Source: Octopus bimaculoides (lineage: Eukaryota). Taken from it: DNA of 64,000 nt. Under the pieces are notes generated by a model. That model had not been told where the DNA came from, did no database searches, and worked only from the letters and a program-made list of their open reading frames with translations. Positions 62,850 to 64,000 of the stretch are shown one piece after another (positions within the stretch are counted from its first letter, which is position 1; the number at the start of each line of letters is the position of its first letter). The stretch spans positions 37,747,807-37,811,806 of the forward strand of contig NC_068990.1 of assembly GCF_001194135.2 (NCBI RefSeq), written 5' to 3'. A program made the translations under genes and the position numbers.

Positions 62850-64000
62850 AAACAAACTGGACCAGGAAAGAAACGTTGCACAAATACTAAATAGAAACTG
62901 GTTTATTAACAGATTACCAGAACATTGATTGAAGAGTGCTAATTAAGAAACTGTTCTTTCCTAATGATAAGACATCATTTCCTAAAACATGTTTGAAGTC
63001 ACATGGTATCATGTGATGAAGGAATGTCCTGGATTCAAAGAGATGAGCTCAATATCTTGTGTGACAAACGTTAGCGTTGATTACCACCCAGCATCTTCTG
63101 TACACTGTATGCACCAAACGATTGATGAAGGTCATGGGAATAGCAGCACACAGTCTGTTAAAATTTGCAGTATGAGTACGGGCATTGTCATGTTGGAACA
63201 CATGATTCTGACGACGGGCAAAGTATGACACAATGTGAGGCCTCAACACTTGCTCAATGTGACGAGCAGTGGTTACTCCATTTCCCCAGCCTTGGCTGAT
63301 GTTTTGGAAGCCCACCGATTCAAGTTTCTGCTTGAGTGCAATCCCACCCCATACCATGAAGCTCTGTCCTCCTCATGAGTTTCTCTCCACCACACAGCCA
63401 TCAGCATGAGATTCACTCCTTCTCCAAACCCTAGCTCTGCCATCTGCCACAGAAATGCAATATCGACTTTCATCAGAGAAGACTACAATCCTCCACTGCT
63501 GATATCACCAGTTCTGACATTTTTGAGCCCACTGCAGACGTGCCCATCGATGGTAATCTGTGAGGATGGAGCCCCTAACTGGACTTCAGCAAGGCAGATC
63601 GAAAGATCTCAGCTGGCAACAAACTGTCTCTGCACAAATGGGTCTGTGGTGAGTCTCTATGTCTGCCGAGCAGATTCCATTGCTCTCCAGAATCGGTCCT
63701 CCAAGTGCTGTCAGTGCATGTGGTGATCTTGAAGTGCTGTTGTAACCCCTGGTCGGCCACTACATGGACAATCGTCCTTGTTGTTTGTAGCATTGTGTCA
63801 TTCCCTCAGCCACTCAATTGTCCAAATACTGCAATCCAAGTCATTAGCAATGACCCATGGATGTTGAACAGCATGGAGACGTCTGATGGCTTGCTCCCTC
63901 TGATTTTGTGTCAGTCTTGGCATGCTTGCTGTGTTCGGGAAACGAATGATAGGCTGAGAAATTTTGGTATCTTTTATACACAATGAGTCGATGTTTTTCA
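62850..64000 (-). mobile_element. Tc1-like (DD34E family) transposon remnant; 5' end runs out of the window
   Basis: ATG at 63923 (MPRLTQNQREQAI..LHA), then IVFSDES-like and VMVWGGI motifs and VFQHDNARTHTA joined to C-terminal LCAAIPMTFINRLV. Several stops and frameshifts. Confidence 0.85.

Overview
AT-rich animal DNA made almost entirely of microsatellites and transposable-element remnants, with 12 N-gaps totalling about 2.8 kb. The SINE and LINE families look like those of octopus, but this is an inference from recalled repeat families, not a database match. I found no host protein-coding gene, tRNA, rRNA or CRISPR array that I can support. Nearly all listed ORFs are translations of simple repeats or N-gaps. 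The recognisable coding remnants all come from transposons: RTE LINE 3' ends, R4/Dong-type LINE fragments (RT with YMDD, and restriction-like endonuclease), a probable LINE ORF1, a Penelope GIY-YIG fragment, four mariner remnants and one Tc1 remnant. There are also many tRNA-derived SINEs of about five types and one or two non-autonomous Helitrons. The most unusual structures are inverted-repeat elements: a 661-bp element with perfect 29-bp TIRs, a 6-bp TSD, nested inner repeats and central telomeric hexamers; a ~980-bp spacerless imperfect palindrome bounded by TTAA; a ~275-bp near-perfect hairpin; and a head-to-head mariner chimera. I see no clear evidence of a new biological system. The best leads are possibly unclassified non-autonomous elements and their potential to form dsRNA.
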